DNA of 39,817 nt. Origin: Escherichia phage TM1. The DNA is taken from the sequence record MT808983.1. One strand, written 5' to 3'. Positions 36,754 through 39,817 of the stretch are shown here, one piece after another; within the stretch, counting starts at the first letter, position 1; each line of letters opens with the position of its first letter. A program made the position numbers and the translations under genes. The notes beneath the pieces are model-generated. The model saw only the letters and a program-made list of their open reading frames with translations, had not been told where the DNA came from and searched no databases.

Positions 36754-37186
36754 GAGAGCGGCTCCGTGGTTACTTGCAGCAGTGATGTTTGCTGGTGGCT
36801 ACCACACCGCTAACAGTAAGTGAGAGGCTAAGGTAAATGCAGAATACACCTCGAATCTTAAGGCATCGGAAGATACAAGGCTTGCTGTCCAAGCTGAAGT
36901 CAACAAAGTGTCCAAACGTTTTCAGGACGAAATGTCCTCGCTGGAAGGCAGCACTGATAGGATTATTGCTGACCTTCAGTCTGACAATAAGCGGTTGCGC
37001 ATCCGAGTCAAACCAACGAGTGGAACCACGCAAAGTGACGGTCGATGCGTCATTGATGATTTCGCCGAACTTGACGAACGAGATGCTAAACGTCTTATCG
37101 CCATCGGACTGAAAGGGGACAAGTGGATTAAGGCCCTTCAGGACACTGTGAGAGCCTTGCAGCAAGATAAGGAGGTGAAGCATTGA
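36746..37186 (+). pseudogene. gp18.5: Rz-like i-spanin (T7 gp18.5 homolog) interrupted by an in-frame TGA at 36821-36823
   Basis: N-terminal 25 codons (MFKRAAPWLLAAVMFAGGYHTANSK, TM anchor) then TGA, then the same frame continues EAKVNAEY...SSLEGSTDRIIADLQSDNKRLRIRVK...DERDAKRLIA...KWIKALQDTV, collinear with T7 gp18.5 on both sides of the stop. Confidence 0.6.
36837..37112 (+). CDS. gp18.7: Rz1-like o-spanin lipoprotein (T7 gp18.7 homolog), embedded in the +1 frame of the i-spanin gene
   Basis: PRWKAALIGLLLTFSLTISGCASE (signal peptide with lipobox ISGC) ...MISPNLTNEMLNV parallels T7 gp18.7 (PRWKGALIGLFLICVATISGCASE...MVEPNLTTEMLNV). Confidence 0.8.
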   Translation: MQNTPRILRHRKIQGLLSKLKSTKCPNVFRTKCPRWKAALIGLLLTFSLTISGCASESNQRVEPRKVTVDASLMISPNLTNEMLNVLSPSD

Positions 37187-38946
37187 GTAAAGACTTAGTG
37201 GCGCGTCAGGCGCTAATGACTGCACGTATGAAGGCAGACTTCGTGTTCTTCCTGTTCGTCCTGTGGAAAGCTCTGTCACTCCCAGTCCCGACTCGCTGTC
37301 AGATTGACATGGCGAAGAAACTATCGGCTGGGGACAACAGGCGTTTCATCCTACAGGCGTTCCGTGGTATCGGGAAGTCCTTCATTACGTGTGCCTTCGT
37401 GGTCTGGAAACTATGGAACAACCCAGACTTGAAGTTCATGATTGTGTCGGCCTCAAAGGAACGAGCCGATGCTAACTCCATCTTCATCAAGCGAATCATC
37501 GACCTCATGCCTCAGCTTCAGGAACTCAAACCTAAGCAGGGCCAACGAGATGCGGTTATCAGCTTCGACGTTGGACCAGCCAAACCAGACCACTCACCTT
37601 CGGTTAAGTCCGTTGGTATCACTGGTCAGTTGACTGGTAGTCGTGCTGACATACTGATTGCCGATGACGTGGAGGTTCCGAACAACTCAGCGACTCAGGC
37701 TGCTCGTGACCGTCTGTCAGAGCTTGTGAAAGAGTTCGACGCTATCCTGAAGCCTGGAGGTACAATCATCTATCTGGGTACTCCTCAGAACGAGATGACC
37801 CTGTATCGTGAGCTGGAAGGTCGTGGGTACACAACTACTATCTGGCCAGCTCGTTATCCACGCGATAAGAAGGACTGGCAGTCCTACGGCGACCGTCTGG
37901 CTCCTATGCTTCAAGCAGAGCTGGAAGAGGACCCTGAGTCCTTCTACTGGCGTCCTACTGATGAAGTACGCTTCGATGATACTGACCTGAAGGAACGTGA
38001 GCTGTCCTATGGTAAAGCTGGCTTCGCTCTCCAGTTCATGCTTAACCCGAACCTGAGTGATGCCGAGAAGTACCCTCTGAAGCTACGTGACCTTATCGTA
38101 GCAGACTTGGACCCAGCGTCAAGCCCAATGGTCTACCAATGGTTGCCGAACCCTCAGAACAAGCGTGAGGACGTTCCTAACGTTGGACTCATGGGTGACT
38201 CATACCACACGTATCAGACTGTAGGTTCTGCCTTCAGTTCGTACACCCAGAAGATTCTGGTCATTGACCCTAGTGGTCGTGGTAAGGATGAAACTGGTTA
38301 TGCGGTACTGTATCAGCTCAACGGCTACATCTTCGCTATGGAAGTTGGCGGTATGCGGGGTGGTTATGAAGACTCTACGCTTGAAGCCTTGGCTAAGATT
38401 GGTCGTAAGTGGAAGGTCAACGAATACGTCATTGAGGGTAACTTCGGTGATGGTATGTACCTTGAGCTATTCAAGCCTGTAGCGGCCCGTATCCATCCTG
38501 CGGCTGTAACTGAAGTGAAGAGTAAGGGTCAGAAAGAACTCCGCATCTGTGACGTTCTGGAGCCTATCATGGGGTCTCACCGACTTATCGTCAACGCTGC
38601 TGCTATCGTCCAAGACTACCAGACAGCCTCTGACAAGGATGGTGTTCGTAACCCTATCTACTCTCTCTTCTATCAGATGACCCGTATCTCTCGTGAACGT
38701 GGAGCCTTGGCACACGATGACCGACTTGATGCGCTGGCTATCGGTGTACAGTTCTTCGTTGAGTCTATGGCTAAGGATGCCAACAAAGGAGAACGTGAAG
38801 TCACTGAGGAGTGGCTGGAGGAACAGATGGAGAACCCACGGAAAGGCTTCGAGTCCATCCACACTGAGTTCTGGGACAATGGGGTCCGGGTAACTCACGA
38901 TACGGACGACGAGATGGGTCTAGGGTCCTACGTTACGTTCCACTAG
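37183..38946 (+). CDS. gp19: Terminase large subunit (T7 gp19 homolog, 587 aa)
   Basis: [29 protein letters not shown]...[20 protein letters not shown]...[17 protein letters not shown]...[11 protein letters not shown], collinear with T7 gp19; apparent TTG start 7 nt after AGGAGG, overlapping the spanin stop. Confidence 0.96.
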   Translation: MSKDLVARQALMTARMKADFVFFLFVLWKALSLPVPTRCQIDMAKKLSAGDNRRFILQAFRGIGKSFITCAFVVWKLWNNPDLKFMIVSASKERADANSIFIKRIIDLMPQLQELKPKQGQRDAVISFDVGPAKPDHSPSVKSVGITGQLTGSRADILIADDVEVPNNSATQAARDRLSELVKEFDAILKPGGTIIYLGTPQNEMTLYRELEGRGYTTTIWPARYPRDKKDWQSYGDRLAPMLQAELEEDPESFYWRPTDEVRFDDTDLKERELSYGKAGFALQFMLNPNLSDAEKYPLKLRDLIVADLDPASSPMVYQWLPNPQNKREDVPNVGLMGDSYHTYQTVGSAFSSYTQKILVIDPSGRGKDETGYAVLYQLNGYIFAMEVGGMRGGYEDSTLEALAKIGRKWKVNEYVIEGNFGDGMYLELFKPVAARIHPAAVTEVKSKGQKELRICDVLEPIMGSHRLIVNAAAIVQDYQTASDKDGVRNPIYSLFYQMTRISRERGALAHDDRLDALAIGVQFFVESMAKDANKGEREVTEEWLEEQMENPRKGFESIHTEFWDNGVRVTHDTDDEMGLGSYVTFH

Positions 38947-39040
38947 CTGAATGAATAACTATGGGTGAAAGCTGCATGAATACGCAGTTAGTAACCTATA
39001 GTTACTACCAGTCTAACCTACTGTTTTACAAGGAGTTTGG

Positions 39041-39064
39041 ACTTAACTATCACTATAGGGAAGA
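39041..39064 (+). promoter_or_regulatory. Phage-RNAP promoter (ttaACTATCACTATAGGGaag) near the right end (phiOR position)
   Basis: Family consensus; predicted +1 G at 39058; T7 has a promoter at the equivalent right-end position. Confidence 0.8.
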
Positions 39065-39242
39065 CCCCCGGTTACTTATAGTATTACTGTAGTGAATATA
39101 CATATGCAGACTTTATGCAAGACCTTAGGAGGCAGACTCCGAGTTCTTACCTAAGGCTTGCACCGATGGAAGGAGGTGATATTAATCATAATACCTCCAA
39201 TACAGATAGTCACCGACCATAGATACAGGAGGTATGTAGCAT

Positions 39243-39401
39243 ATGGCAAAGACCAAAGCTGTACTTAAAGCTCTGGCGACCAATCGAGCTACATACAGGT
39301 TTCTTGCTGCTGTTCTACTTGCTGCTGGCGTTACTGCTGGAAGTCAGTGGGTCGGGTGGGTCGAGACTCTCGTATGTTCTCTGGTGTCTGAGTGTCATTA
39401 A
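39243..39401 (+). CDS. Small hydrophobic protein (52 aa), gene 19.5 position
   Basis: ATG after AGGAGG (long spacing); MAKTKAVLKALATNRATYRFLAAVLLAAGVTAGSQWVGWVETLVCSLVSECH; last ORF before the right DTR. Confidence 0.45.
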   Translation: MAKTKAVLKALATNRATYRFLAAVLLAAGVTAGSQWVGWVETLVCSLVSECH

Positions 39402-39551
39402 CGCCGTAATGGTAACAATCAACGAAAGTAAGACCTAAGGTCAGTTCATAGCTGACGCTACTCTACTGACCTTAGCTACTGTAGTCAAGGACTTTAGGTA
39501 ACACCTTAAGAGAAGCTCACTTAGGGTCATCCTACTTATTGGTCTATCCTA

Positions 39552-39589
39552 GTGTCACCTGACCTACGGTCCTTGACCTACAGTAGCTG
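39552..39589. repeat. Array of 3 CCTAC(A/G)GT octamers just inside the right DTR
   Basis: CCTACGGT at 39552-39559, CCTACAGT at 39566-39573 and 39582-39589; same motif as the left-end array. Confidence 0.65.
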
Positions 39590-39638
39590 CCACCTACAGT
39601 CTTCGATGAGTTTTGGACCAAAAGTTTGAGACCACATC

Positions 39639-39817
39639 TCACAGTTCAAGAACCTCAAGTCTCCCCATAGGCCCTCTTTTAGTCCAGACCAAAGGCCCTA
39701 CCCCAGTCTATCATAAGGTGGGACCGATGGTCAAGACTTCAGGTCAACGATAGGTTGAGGCTATGGCTGGAGGTCGGGACGATAGGTAGGGACTATGGGT
39801 CTGCCTCTAAGTCCCTA
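39639..39817. repeat. Right direct terminal repeat, identical to 1-179
   Basis: Sequence tcacagttcaag...ctaagtcccta matches the first 179 nt of the window. Confidence 0.85.

Overview
The window looks like a complete linear genome of a T7-like podophage (Autographiviridae, T7/T3 group), 39,817 bp, bounded by identical 179-bp direct terminal repeats (1-179 and 39639-39817). All credible genes are on the + strand in canonical T7 order: early genes (an Ocr-like DNA mimic plus several small unknowns), RNA polymerase, ligase, gp2, SSB, endonuclease I, amidase/lysozyme, primase-helicase, DNA polymerase, exonuclease, portal, scaffold, capsid, tail tubular A/B, internal virion proteins, tail fibre/tailspike, holin, terminases and spanins. 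Eleven copies of a phage promoter with core ACTATCACTATAGG are present, together with T7-like early (TE) and late (Tphi) terminators and three copies of a conserved hairpin that resembles RNase III processing sites. Everything was read by eye against recalled T7 protein and signal sequences; no search or folding program was run. The main things worth a second look are: (1) a tRNA-like element just upstream of the primase-helicase gene; (2) an in-frame TGA interrupting the Rz-like i-spanin gene; (3) a tail fibre whose T7-like N-terminal adaptor is fused to an AT-rich beta-helix (pectate-lyase-like) domain; (4) a phage promoter and tandem leader repeats directly upstream of the RNA polymerase gene; (5) a likely -1 frameshift extension of the capsid gene; (6) three HNH endonuclease insertions and several accessory ORFs at positions that are empty in T7; (7) duplicated leader modules and short-repeat arrays near the genome ends. 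No integrase, repressor, CRISPR array or rRNA was seen.
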